A stretch of DNA of 64,000 nt from Paramoeba atlantica (Eukaryota; Protista; Discosea): positions 124,001 through 188,000 of the forward strand of contig CDRNVI010000069.1 of the NCBI GenBank assembly GCA_977017575.1, written 5' to 3'. Made by a program: the position numbers and the translations under genes. The notes beneath the pieces are model-generated. The model had not been told where the DNA came from. It did no database searches and worked only from the letters and a program-made list of their open reading frames with translations. Of the stretch, positions 32,234 to 43,276 are shown piece by piece (within the stretch, counting starts at the first letter, position 1; the number at the start of each line of letters is the position of its first letter).

Positions 32234-34192
32234 TTACCCCCTTAAGTTCTTCAACCCCACATTTCGGTGCAAATCCTTCGGGTCGTGCCCTTGAGCTAGT
32301 GAGAGACTACGTGTCTCGATGGGAATAAACGGGTTGTCGGGGCTAATCTCCTTAAGCATCCCTGGGCACGAGATCCGGTGAGTGTCCCAGGCTCTCCACT
32401 GGAGTATCTTACCACAATCAAAGCACCGAACGAACGTGTGCCGCTCCGCGTGACTCTCCCACAGCGGCAACGAAATCCCAACATCACACTCGTCACACCA
32501 GCGACTTTCTGCAATACAACGATTCCAGTGGGCGGACTCAAAATTCGGCGACGCGATGTTTGTTTTACAGTTACGGCAGTACCTCATTGGATTTGGATGC
32601 ACTATATTATAGAGCTCCTCAAAAGCAATCTTGGTCGGCTCATGTATCACCCCAGGTCGCTGGAGGTACTCCCGCAGAAGTGTTGGACTTATACACGGCG
32701 CCTCAAGCGCACTGAGCGTGCGCCCGAGACTGTTCACCTCCAGTACCCAGCGCGGGTCGAATTCGACATACTTCACAGGGCTGTGTGCCTTTTGTATCGT
32801 CAGCACGGACACCAGATCACGTGGAACCAACGGCAGTTGGGACATCTCCAGCGAAGCGTCTGGGTAGTCAGGGTGGTAGACCCGAATCCGCATCGCATGA
32901 ACCACCTCCTTCCGGTCTCCTTTCAACGGCAGTCGCACCGTGACACTGTGGTCCCGGACTTCGGTCACCACCCCTAGGTCCCCTGTCTCGATTGTCGTGC
33001 CGTTGCCATAGTTAAACTGCACCAGCTGGTTCACCTCTACGTCCAGCCGTCCGACAAACCCCACTGCCTGACGGCATGCCACCTTCATCAGGGACTCCTG
33101 GAGAACGCCTCCAATCTCGGTCAGCCGGAACCCTCCTTTCTCTCCACGATACAGGGGGGCGATTCGTCGGTGATACTCCTGAGTCGCTCGAAACCGCGGA
33201 AATATGGTGTAACACGCCCGTACTCCCCTGATTTTGTCCACAAACGGAGAGGGGGGAATACAAAAGGAGCGAGCCCCAACGAGAGAAAACGCCTCCACGT
33301 CCGCGTCGGTGAGACACCCAAAATGAGCCTTCTCCACCAACACCCCGTACGTATCCCGCCGTCGCAACGCCACCGTCTGCTCCAACGGAAAGGTCTCCCG
33401 CCACAGTGGGTGCTGGAACAGAAAACCCGTAAGCCCGGCCTCCGCGGTGGGGCTGAGCTCAAAAAAATTCCCCGCCACCACCAGCTGTATCCCCCCAAAC
33501 GGGAGATCCGGATCCCGCGCGGCCCGGGCGGTGGCGTCGAACGCCTCAAACAGCGCCACCGAGACCTCCTGGATGTCATCAATCACCACGACATCGACAT
33601 TCTCCACCGTCGGGAAGCACTTGAACAGCCTCTCCCGCATGTGCCGCCGGTGGCGCTCCATCATCGCGGTGAGCTGCTCCCTGCGGCCCTGGACGGCCCC
33701 GAGCCCTTTGAGGCCCAGCAGCGTGTGCAGGTGGATCCCGCGCATGTGCCAGGCCCCGTGGGCGGTGGCCCCGGTGAAGGCGACCCGTTTGTGGGCCACC
33801 GAGAGCAGCGCCTCCCCGATGCGTCGCGCGAGCCGGGTCTTGCCGCGGCAGGTGAACCCGGTGATGAAGAGGTGGTGGCCGCGGAGCGCGAGGGCCTCCG
33901 CGAAGGCCTCGTCCCGGGAGTACGCCCACGGGGGGGTGGGGTCGGTGGCGTCGGAGGGGAAGCCGTGCTCCTTCATGACCTCGTAGTGGAGGTGGTGGGA
34001 GGAGGGGGTGGGGGAGGGGGTGGTGGGGGTCATCGTCGTAGTCGTAGTCATGGTACTACTACTACTACTACTGGAACTCGGGGGTGGGGAGGTCGCGAGG
34101 GGGCGAGGAGAGGTGAGGAAGGGGAGAGAGGCGTGGGAGGCGCGGGAAGGGAGTGAGCGGAGTCGTTGTGCGGAGCGAAAGGCGTGGATCAT
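32234..34192 (-). CDS. Divergent PIF1-like helicase with C-terminal Cys/His Zn fingers, probably mitochondrial
   Basis: GFTCRGKT Walker A, VIDDIQE, FGGIQLVVAGNFFELSP; CxxC...H...C clusters at the C-terminus; presequence-like N-terminus. Confidence 0.82.
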   Translation of the reverse strand: MIHAFRSAQRLRSLPSRASHASLPFLTSPRPLATSPPPSSSSSSSSTMTTTTTMTPTTPSPTPSSHHLHYEVMKEHGFPSDATDPTPPWAYSRDEAFAEALALRGHHLFITGFTCRGKTRLARRIGEALLSVAHKRVAFTGATAHGAWHMRGIHLHTLLGLKGLGAVQGRREQLTAMMERHRRHMRERLFKCFPTVENVDVVVIDDIQEVSVALFEAFDATARAARDPDLPFGGIQLVVAGNFFELSPTAEAGLTGFLFQHPLWRETFPLEQTVALRRRDTYGVLVEKAHFGCLTDADVEAFSLVGARSFCIPPSPFVDKIRGVRACYTIFPRFRATQEYHRRIAPLYRGEKGGFRLTEIGGVLQESLMKVACRQAVGFVGRLDVEVNQLVQFNYGNGTTIETGDLGVVTEVRDHSVTVRLPLKGDRKEVVHAMRIRVYHPDYPDASLEMSQLPLVPRDLVSVLTIQKAHSPVKYVEFDPRWVLEVNSLGRTLSALEAPCISPTLLREYLQRPGVIHEPTKIAFEELYNIVHPNPMRYCRNCKTNIASPNFESAHWNRCIAESRWCDECDVGISLPLWESHAERHTFVRCFDCGKILQWRAWDTHRISCPGMLKEISPDNPFIPIETRSLSLAQGHDPKDLHRNVGLKNLRG

Positions 34193-34992
34193 AGGCAGGG
34201 TGAGAAGAAAGGGGAAAGATAGTTTTGAAGATAAAGGTAGTTAGAGGTAAAGCTACTTTAGAGGTAGTAAAGGTAGTTAGAGTTAAAGGAAAGGGTATTT
34301 AAAGGAGAGAAGGACTTTTTTCAGTAGTCGAACATTTTTCAAAAAAAGTTCCCAAAGGGTTGACTATGGTTACGTCAACAGGAGTTATCCTCCGTCCGAA
34401 TTGGAAGGATGTGTCTGGGCCTCGACCGTTGTCGAATCTGTAGGTTCGTAAAGGTCGGGGGAGAATCCGTATTGGATTAGGAGGTTACGAAAGGTCTCCT
34501 TGACTATCTTGTGGTGGGAGGCTTGCCCCGGACCTTCTTGCAGTCCAGTGCGTGGACGCAGAACCCCTCATTTCATACCTTTTGTTTCATTGAACCAAAT
34601 CTATTTTGGGCTAGTTGAGTGGTTAATTGAACCACTTTTGGAGGCTGGATATGATGACATGTTGTACAGCTACGCTGAACTAGACGACTGTAATAACAGG
34701 GACCACATGAGTGAATTATTCATAATTTAATCGTTTTATGTTATCTTTTATCTGGGCATTGCCCCTCTGGATGGCCACTCCGAAGGCCTGATGACGTATC
34801 AAACGTCATCTGATGACGTTCGAAACGTTGTTGCTTAAGATCATCTCAACGGTACATGATCATCTCAACGGTCTTGTACGGAACAGTATACGTTATGTGA
34901 GTACACTCGTTACCCAACAGCCAATACTCGTGACTCAGCAGATGAGTCCAACCATGTTAACTCGTATATTATATACATCTCCTTAGTACGGA

Positions 34993-37900
34993 TAGTACGT
35001 ACTAAGTACCGTATTATCCGTACTAAGTACGAAAGTCCGTACTTTTTTGAAAAATATTTTATGCCAAAGTGGGACCTTGACTACGAATTTCAATTAAAGA
35101 AAAGCTCATCTTTTTCATTGGAAAACAATGTTGGGATCGCATTACTTAAACTAATTTATTATTCCGTTACTTATAGCATTTTCTTTTTAATTTTCATTCA
35201 CTTTTCTCCAGCACCATGTCTAGGAAGTCAGACCGAGGTGAACAGGATGGAAGCGAGGTAACTCCCGAAAGAACGGTCTCTCGCACTCATCACGCAACGC
35301 CGTCTAGCGTTCTACGCGAGAGGGGGCGGTTCCCCTTTTTGCTGTCGTACGTTACTCGGCAAAATTTCATCACGACCATGATGCAATGCCCGTTGACGGT
35401 ATGGGGCATGAATGTCATTACAAATGCATGGCCCCTGGCTGCCATTTTGAATCTCATTGCAAGACTCGTAATCATTATTAACAACACCGTAAGCACTGCG
35501 ATCTTCGAATTGATAAGGAGAAACTTGACGCTGTTCAAATGGCTATGTCGTGTGAAAGGGAAACCGAACTTTACGCCACACGAATAGTACCCAGCATGCA
35601 CGCTCTCATGAGCACTCCTTCTCAGCAATTTCTTACTTTTGTTCGGTCGCTCCTGGAGCAATGGCCTCCAAAGGCTACCATTGAACAGTTTCTAGCCTTT
35701 TTCCCCAAAAAGACCGGAAAATTTCACGAATGTGAATCTGTTCTCGCCGATGAGTTATGGGAAATTTTCAAGTCGGACATAAGTGTACATACTTTGGGGC
35801 TTCCGTTGACGCTGGTATCGATCGGATGAAGGAGAACATATACTATTATGTGTGGTATATGTCGGCCCTGAGGAATATGTTCTTCCCCCTATGTACTCGC
35901 CTCAGTACAAGGCATTTGACGGGAAGCTCATGGCTGAAACCCTGGTGAACAGTATGACGATCAACATCGGATGTGAACGACTGAAAAAATTAAAGTTTTT
36001 AATGGTTGATGGAAGTGCTGTAAATCATGTAGCTCGCTTGTATTGCGAGGGACATTTCCGTGACATCTATGAGAAGACAGATTACATTGGAGTTTACAGA
36101 TGAAGGCAAAGACAAAGATTTTACAGAGTAACCACCCTCTCATTGGACTAATTTAGGGTGGTTTTTCGTAGTATTAAACTAAAATTTATGGAATCTTGTA
36201 ATACTATTCGAATGTATTGTTTTTGAATATGTTGAAATCATTGAGTGATCAAGGTGGAAGATGGGACTTTAAGGACAATATTTCATGCGGCATTAACTAT
36301 ATTATTCCATGGGCGATAACTGAAATTGATGTATGATGTTGATTGCGTACCTTTGTAAAAATATACAGCATTCTATACAGGGGGGGTCACGAAAAGAGTG
36401 GGGGGTCTAAAATTTGTACCGTGCGAGCTTTTAACCTAATTCCTTCGGCATTCAACAGATCTCGAAATTTTAAGACTACGTGAGTTATAACTACTTAGGC
36501 ATATAAGGTTGAGTGATAATGGTGAGTCGGCAAAAATAGGTTTTTTTGTTTTTTGCATATTTGGATTTTCTCATTATTTCATTATTGATCCCCCGTTTTT
36601 TTCTCGAAGAAGTCTGATTCGGGACGGGAAGCTCGTCAAAGTATTATTATACGATGCTTTCATATCAGATAATAGATAATCAAGCGCTTTTGGAATTGCA
36701 GCTTGTAGTTCCTTACGGTTTGTGGGGCGGAGAGTAAATTTTATGTGGTGATCCATCATGCTCCACAAATTTTCAATTAAATTTAAATCCGGCGACTTGG
36801 CAGGCCAATCAAGAATGCTGATACCCATGTCTCTGCCGACGCGGCGAGCGTGATTATGGCCCGGAGCGTTATCCATGATCACTGTTGCCGCTGGTTTACG
36901 CTTTAACCAGTTGTAGAAACCATTTCGTTTTGTCATGGCAGAGAGAAACGTTTCATTAGTGACCGTCTCATTCTCCGCAAACTCATGAAAACAGTGAACC
37001 TTGGGAACCCCCCATTCAAGGCTCACCGCCATCCAAATATGAACCCCCTTTCCTCCGAAATATTTCTCAACATCTTTTGGTACCTCAAGGGGTTCATCTG
37101 ACCTTTTGCAAATGTACCAAATATTGCGTGAGTGGTACCCGCATTTAAAAATCTTTTCATCCGTCCACAGAATACGGGCGTATTGAAAAGGGGTGAACCT
37201 CTCCAAACGATTTGCCAACTCCAGGCGGTCGAATTTGTGCTGAGGCGTGAGATGAGGAACTTTCCTCATTTTTCTGCTTATGTACCCGCTCCTTTTCAGT
37301 GATCTTTTCACAGACGAAAGAGAGCATGGGTACTTGGTTTGATCGAAGATGGACAGCCAATGGGACTACGTTGATTTTCTTCATCTACAATAGATTCTAA
37401 TATTATTCGAAACTCTTCATTATGAATCGCATTCTTACGTATGTATTTTATACGTTCTAACCCTCCTGTCTCCCGGTGGCGTTTAACCCATCGAGAGACA
37501 GTTGCTTCACTGCATTTCATAAGAGCAACAGTGTCTGTAATCGAACGTCCCTGGTTTTGTACCTCATGGACGCAAATTACACGTGTTTCATAAGTGATTT
37601 GTTGCGTCGAGAGGGTGCGCCTCTGGCGGCGAAGTGTTTTTGGCATAAAATATGTGTTAGAAAGAGTTAAGTGGTATTTTATTCATAGATTAATGGGCTA
37701 AAATGATAAAAAATGATAAAAATCCGATTTTTTGCAGAATTTTCAGGTAAAAAATTCAGTAAAATTTTATCATGACGTCATATCAGCTTCAGGGGCGGCA
37801 ACAATGGTGCCAGTAGTCTTAAAATTTCGAGATCTGTTCAATGCCGAAGGAATTAGGTCAAAAGCTCGCACGGTACAAATTTTAGACCCCCCACCTTTTT

Positions 37901-38304
37901 CGTGCCCCCCCCTGTATATTCAATGAAAATAGCTTCTAAAAGTTCTTAGATCACTTTCACTTTTCCTTTCCGTTCTCTTATACATTTTTTGGGCGGGTGT
38001 CGGCGATCACCTATTTGTTAGTTCATAGCAAGTGAGAAAATAGTGATAAATATAGAGTGTCTTTTGATTCAAATTTTTATGCCTTCACCGTATGCTTCTT
38101 CTATATTCCTTTTAAATTACTTCTATAATTGCTTTTATTTAGTGAGTGTTAGCATGTATGCCCTTCATGACAGAGGTTGCAGCCCTTCAGCGTCACATGG
38201 TACACTACTTCAGTGTGGTTTCTTTATTTGAAATTGTTAGACAAACTGCATGAAGTACGGACTTTCGTACTAAGTACGGATAGTACGGTACCTAGTACGT
38301 ACTA
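34993..38304 (+). mobile_element. Degenerate TIR element with transposase remnants and a nested Tc1-like insertion
   Basis: About 52-bp GTAC-rich inverted repeats at 34993-35044 and 38253-38304; broken ORFs at 35539-36103 with an LMVDGSAVN DDE-like motif. Confidence 0.55.
36378..37914 (-). mobile_element. Full-length Tc1-like transposon (DD32E), transposase frameshifted
   Basis: TA|CAGGGGGGG about 100-bp TIRs; HTH ORF 37308-37646 plus DDE ORF 36574-37311 (WTDEK, MDNAPGH, SPDLNLIENLW). Confidence 0.92.
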
Positions 38305-38452
38305 GTACGAAATACGGGGTCCGTACTACGTTTAGTACGAAGTTCCGTACTGCGGAGATGTATGTATATATCAACCGCACAAACGAACCAGTTTTCGAAG
38401 CAGAGAAGGGACAGACCGCGATGCCGCATCGGCGAAATCACGAAGACTGAAT

Positions 38453-39060
38453 TTGACGTGTCAGCTCCTCCGAGTGGACCCGGACAACGTTTTCGCACCC
38501 AACCTCCAACGCGCCGTTTATCCCATGTGGACGGAAACAACGTGGACTACTCGAGAGCGAATTTGGACGTTCCTCAATCAGTTTTGCGACCAAAGGCGCA
38601 TTCAACTGACGGCGTTGCACGTAATTTTATTTCTCGATTCCCTGGATGTCGCAGTAAAGGCGCACCTCACGTACGCACGGGGTCTCCATACGATTTACAC
38701 ACACATGAGCGAAGACAACACATCACTACAGATCTATGCGAAGGCGCTACAAGCGCAGGGAGGGTTGGAACCCCAACGGCGAATGGAGCCGCTAACTCCG
38801 TATTCGCTCCAGAAACTGTGCAGCAGTATCACGTACTCACAAGCAATGGCTGTGTTGCTATGTTGGAAAGCGGCGGCTCGGTGGACCGAATGCGCCGAAT
38901 TATGCCGCAAGAAATTCTTCAGCGTGTCGCCCATGGAAATAGTGATTTACTGGGGAAGAACCACAAAATTGACTCGACTCAATCCTTATCGCCCGTACAT
39001 AAATGCAGTAATCACGGGTCCGGGGACGCCGGAATTACCGTTACCATTTGGGCGCCCAAC
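38453..39060 (+). mobile_element. Truncated tyrosine recombinase of TATE/VIPER (DIRS-like) type
   Basis: LLCWKAAARWTE (R-box resembling TATE WKTASRW) and WGRTTKLTRLNPY; the HxxR/Y C-terminus is absent. Confidence 0.6.
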
Positions 39061-39248
39061 GCATTTTCTGCGTGGGGGCGGCCTTTTCTCCTGGGACAAC
39101 TCACATCTTTTGATGTGTATCATTCGTATTAACATACATTGTTGTTCTGAGAATAAGAACACGTTCTGGTTCTCAGAACCAAAGAACACTGTTTTCAGAA
39201 CGTCGAGAACACGTGGATTTAACTCAGCGGTCGTCATCTCCTCTTGAG

Positions 39249-39274
39249 AAAGATACAGTTTCTGTACCTTGTTG
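39249..39274 (+). ncRNA. Spliced-leader exon relic (3' 26 nt) heading the retrotransposon
   Basis: AAAGATACAGTTTCTGTACCTTGTTG, identical to 2834-2859; first ATG lies 40 nt downstream at 39314. Confidence 0.8.
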
Positions 39275-39313
39275 AATTATTTTCAATTTTGTACTAAACT
39301 TATCTCTCGGAGC

Positions 39314-41791
39314 ATGTCCTCCAATGTTATCACATCTGCTCCCGACGCGCACGACGGCCTCCCTCGAGGACCTGTCAGCGCGAGGCAACAGAATTTCCAC
39401 TTCATCCAGAGTCGCGCGGTACCAGTGAAACTTCGACTCGCTTCAAGCGTTCAGTGGTCATATTTTCCGGATGCACACGCCGCGGCTGTCTTTCTTACCG
39501 ATAAGAAGTTCTTCTCGAGTGTACACACTGCCGAAGCTTCCCTAAACAAGACTCTAAAAACAGAGAACAAAAGAAGTGACGGGCTAGTCGTCGATAAATG
39601 CACAGTACAGAATGTTATGGACCATGGCGCATGCGAATACCTGGAATATAAAGAGAAGAAACCACCTCACCGCACTTTCCGCCACGCCAGCTGGACGTCC
39701 GCTTTTCACGACTCGGAGATGTGTCTCGACTCGCATTATTCGTCTCCCCAAAACTTAAGCAAGGCAGTGATGAAAAAACTAAACGGCGACAATGTCCCTG
39801 GACTGTCCCAGTATGAAATAAAACATGTAGCGCGAAGCACTGAGTCCACAAACGGGACTTGGCTACAACATCAAATCATCTACGATGCTGCATACAGGAT
39901 TCGGGAACAGCCAACAGGACCGGAAACCTCATCACAACCTACAAAGCCACGTCAACCATGCAACCACAAATGTCGCGACAAAAACTCATGCCTGCATGCG
40001 TGCTGTAAAGTCACCGCCGTGGTTAATCCGCCCACAGAAGCTACCGCCGTGGGACCGAATAGTACGGAAAGGGAGGCACCACTTGTCACAACAACGAACT
40101 CCATCCGTCACCATACGAATACGGAGACGCGAAGACCTTGCAAGCACACCTGTCGCGACAAAACAAAATGTCTACACAGTTGTTGCAAAATCGGTGTGCT
40201 CGTATCCAAAGACGAACTGATGGTACACCACGACTTGCATTCCGCACAGCCTCCAATGGATCAACCGGTTACACATACGAACTTTACCCCTGCCCACTCG
40301 ATCGATGCCCTCCCCGATATGACGACGATCACATGCACGAACACGGAAAATCGCATACACGCACATGCAATAGAAACTAACAGCTCGGAAAGGAGTCTCG
40401 CAAGACCAACACGACTTATGCCCCACACACAACCACCGCCACAAGGGAGCAACAGCGATCCTAACGCAACAGAGACGGCCAACCGGGACAACTACCGTCC
40501 ATGCAAGCATCAGTGTGGCAATAAGACTCTATGTAAGCACAAATGTTGCAAGGAGGGAGTCCGCATCAGTCCAACGGCGAATAGAAACCACTCATGGTCA
40601 TTGCGAAATCTAATTCCGTGGACATCGGCTTCCACGGATGTAACCGAAATTCCCACAGCAGAGACGCCAACCACGCGAACGGAGACCACGGAAGGGACCA
40701 TGGGAGAAATTCCACTTCCCAACACCCAGCCTCCCGGCACCGCCCCCAACGAACCGTCCCCCAGTAACGAAAATGACGTATCACGAGACGCAAGACCACG
40801 TCGTCCCTACAAGCATAAGTGTAAAGATAAATCGCAATACCAACACGCCTGCTGCCAAAAAGGCGCGCTCGTGAGAGCTGGAGAAATCGCCTGCTCTGCA
40901 ATATCCTGGACTGTACGAAACCTCCTTATACTCGATAGACCGACCCAACCGACCGCACTGCCTGCCCCCCAGGAAGTTCAACCATCCTCACAACCTGAGC
41001 CCCTCGCCGACCGCTTTCCAACAACCCCCGTCTCAGATTCTCCCCCGCATCCTGCAAACGCCGCACTGTCTACTGAACGACGCCCAGATCCGATCTCAGA
41101 CCGCTCATACCACTACGGTGCCCACACTATATTCCAACGAACCCCACGAACAAACGCATCGCATACCACACCACCCTGTCCACGCTCGGAGCTCGAGAGT
41201 TTGCTTGAAACATTCCGCACCATTCAAGGTGGACGTGCCCTGGTGCACTTTGACACTAGCCAATGGGATCTCACCATCTCAAGAATTGAAGGACGTTGCA
41301 ATGCATTCATGCACCCTCCTCGAAGTAAAGAAGACGCACTGTTCCAAGCTGAAGTCATCTCTGCCATCTTGGCTGTATCCGTCTACGAAACTGCGAAAGA
41401 GATTAACCCCACACGCGGGTTTCTACTTCGAACCCGAACAGGCAGGTCCAAACGTAGCTCACGCCCCCTTGCCATCGACCGTACCGTCAAGTCATTAAAT
41501 CTACACGTTCGTCAATTAAAACGATCACTGACCTTTATGCACGGCCCAGAGCGAAATGCCCAAAGAGGGAGGATAAAAGATAGATGGACCCACCATTGCC
41601 GCAGCCATATCATCAAAACGTTCGGGGGCCGCTCCGGGGTCAGATACCATAACCAACATCTTGTTAAAGCGTTGCCCTTCCATCTACTCGGTCGTCGCGC
41701 AGGTATTCAACGACATACTCAAATTCGGCGTATGCCCGCCGACATGGAAAACGGCCGTCACCCGACTGATCCACAAAGGAGGCGACACTAA
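39314..41791 (+). CDS. Retrotransposon N-terminal ORF with four CxHxCxxKxxCxHxCC Zn knuckles
   Basis: Motifs near 39959, 40139, 40502 and 40808 (the last has C-to-Y changes), separated by Pro/Thr-rich linkers. Confidence 0.75.
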   Translation: MSSNVITSAPDAHDGLPRGPVSARQQNFHFIQSRAVPVKLRLASSVQWSYFPDAHAAAVFLTDKKFFSSVHTAEASLNKTLKTENKRSDGLVVDKCTVQNVMDHGACEYLEYKEKKPPHRTFRHASWTSAFHDSEMCLDSHYSSPQNLSKAVMKKLNGDNVPGLSQYEIKHVARSTESTNGTWLQHQIIYDAAYRIREQPTGPETSSQPTKPRQPCNHKCRDKNSCLHACCKVTAVVNPPTEATAVGPNSTEREAPLVTTTNSIRHHTNTETRRPCKHTCRDKTKCLHSCCKIGVLVSKDELMVHHDLHSAQPPMDQPVTHTNFTPAHSIDALPDMTTITCTNTENRIHAHAIETNSSERSLARPTRLMPHTQPPPQGSNSDPNATETANRDNYRPCKHQCGNKTLCKHKCCKEGVRISPTANRNHSWSLRNLIPWTSASTDVTEIPTAETPTTRTETTEGTMGEIPLPNTQPPGTAPNEPSPSNENDVSRDARPRRPYKHKCKDKSQYQHACCQKGALVRAGEIACSAISWTVRNLLILDRPTQPTALPAPQEVQPSSQPEPLADRFPTTPVSDSPPHPANAALSTERRPDPISDRSYHYGAHTIFQRTPRTNASHTTPPCPRSELESLLETFRTIQGGRALVHFDTSQWDLTISRIEGRCNAFMHPPRSKEDALFQAEVISAILAVSVYETAKEINPTRGFLLRTRTGRSKRSSRPLAIDRTVKSLNLHVRQLKRSLTFMHGPERNAQRGRIKDRWTHHCRSHIIKTFGGRSGVRYHNQHLVKALPFHLLGRRAGIQRHTQIRRMPADMENGRHPTDPQRRRH

Positions 41792-42671
41792 ACTCATGGA
41801 AAACTGGCGCCCAATTAGTCTTACCAGCTGTCTCGGGAAACTTTTTCACTCAATCATAAGTCATCGCATCCTCCGCCACGCCCTCGATTCTCACGCCATA
41901 GACACGTCGATACAAAAAGGTTTTCTCCCCCACATGAATGGTACTGTAGAGCACACTCAAGTTTTATGTGAACTCCTCGAATACCAAAGACGCCACAAAC
42001 GACAATACTGCCTAGCACAGTTCGACATCAAAAATGCTTTCGGGTCCGTACCCCATACTGTGCTGTTACAGGCTCTAAAATGGGCGCGCGTATCTCCAAT
42101 TATCGTTCAATACATAGAACAACTCTACGAGAAAGCATCCATCCAAATCAAGTGCGCTGAAGGTCTTACAAAACCCATCTCGATAGATCGAGGTGTATTG
42201 CAGGGCGACACTCTCTCCCCCATACTATTCAATCTTGCAATGGAGTTGGTTCTGCGTTTCGTTCGATCAAGCTGCCCACAATATGGGATCACATGGGATG
42301 ACAAAGAGACCTTTCTCAAAGCCTTCGCCGACGACCTTACCATCATTACGAATACCCCCAGGGAAATGCAAAATGCCACCAATGTCCTTGGAAAAGGCCT
42401 TTCCGACATTGGGATGAACCTCAACGTTAAAAAGTGCCGAATTCAGCACATGTCAATGACGCAAGACTCGGGTTATATGACTCGGCGTCCTCAGCTCACG
42501 ATCAATGGAGCTCCGATTCCCCAGATATGCGACAAAGGAAGCACCTTCTTAGGGATGACGCTTGCTCCAGGTGCACAACAAGGCAAGATTCTCTTCCAGA
42601 AAGGTAAAGTAACTAATCAGATAAACATTATTATCCCCCTTTTGGAAGACGGTACCTGGATTTCACCATGA
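41585..42671 (+). mobile_element. Non-LTR reverse transcriptase, R2/NeSL/R4-like, 3'-truncated
   Basis: AAPGSDTITN, NWRPISL, QKGFLPHMNGTVEH, FDIKNAFGSVPH, GVLQGDTLSP, AFADD, FLGM; no endonuclease domain seen before the stop. Confidence 0.92.
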
Positions 42672-43276
42672 AAAAAATTTCTTGTCAGATGTTTTTAAAA
42701 AATATGTAGCTTTTTTTCATTTTTTTAAAGACAGCTAAAAATATCGGGAACGTGTAGATCTCGAAATTGTGAACGAAAAAGTGCTATCATAACCTCCCTA
42801 GGCTCCTTCATGCAAAAAAATAGGGGGGGGGGGTGATTTATTCGTGTCCCGGGGTTTATACGTTTTGTACATAATCGTTTTTGTACATATTTTTGTACAT
42901 AATTCATAAGCCAGTTTTTCTTAACTGACTATGGGTCAGGAGCATTGTTGGAAATCTGTGATATGAGTCAGATCCTTTGACAATGTTGGGGCTTAGCGAC
43001 CCCCTCCTTTCCAGCTACGTCCACAGCAACGTTTATACTTTAATTTTTGTCGTAACTGAGTCTTTCTGTGGTTTTACTCGGTGTTATCTAAAACCTCGGT
43101 ACAATTATCCATGGATTTCACTCTACGCGCGCTATGAAGTCTAGTCAATTTTTTTTAGAAAACAAAACAACAGCAACTTATGACTTCTTTAGCAAGTATT
43201 ACTTGCTAAGACTATTACTTAGTAAGATGTATGCTTTATTTGCGTGTCGTACACCATTATTTTTCATTTTAATCTA

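Noticed and set aside
15360-34192. Ligase, SPO11 and helicase as an integrated virus or prokaryotic defence/repair island
   Set aside because: Dispersed among ordinary eukaryotic housekeeping genes, with no capsid, ATPase, polymerase or element boundaries.
39051-39083. HDV-like ribozyme at the retrotransposon 5' end
   Set aside because: Only a simple hairpin; I could not build the nested double pseudoknot, and it lies upstream of the SL boundary.
41580-41791. Programmed frameshift between the Zn-knuckle ORF and RT
   Set aside because: No slippery heptamer; the RT frame opens abruptly after a stop, more consistent with an internal deletion or indel.
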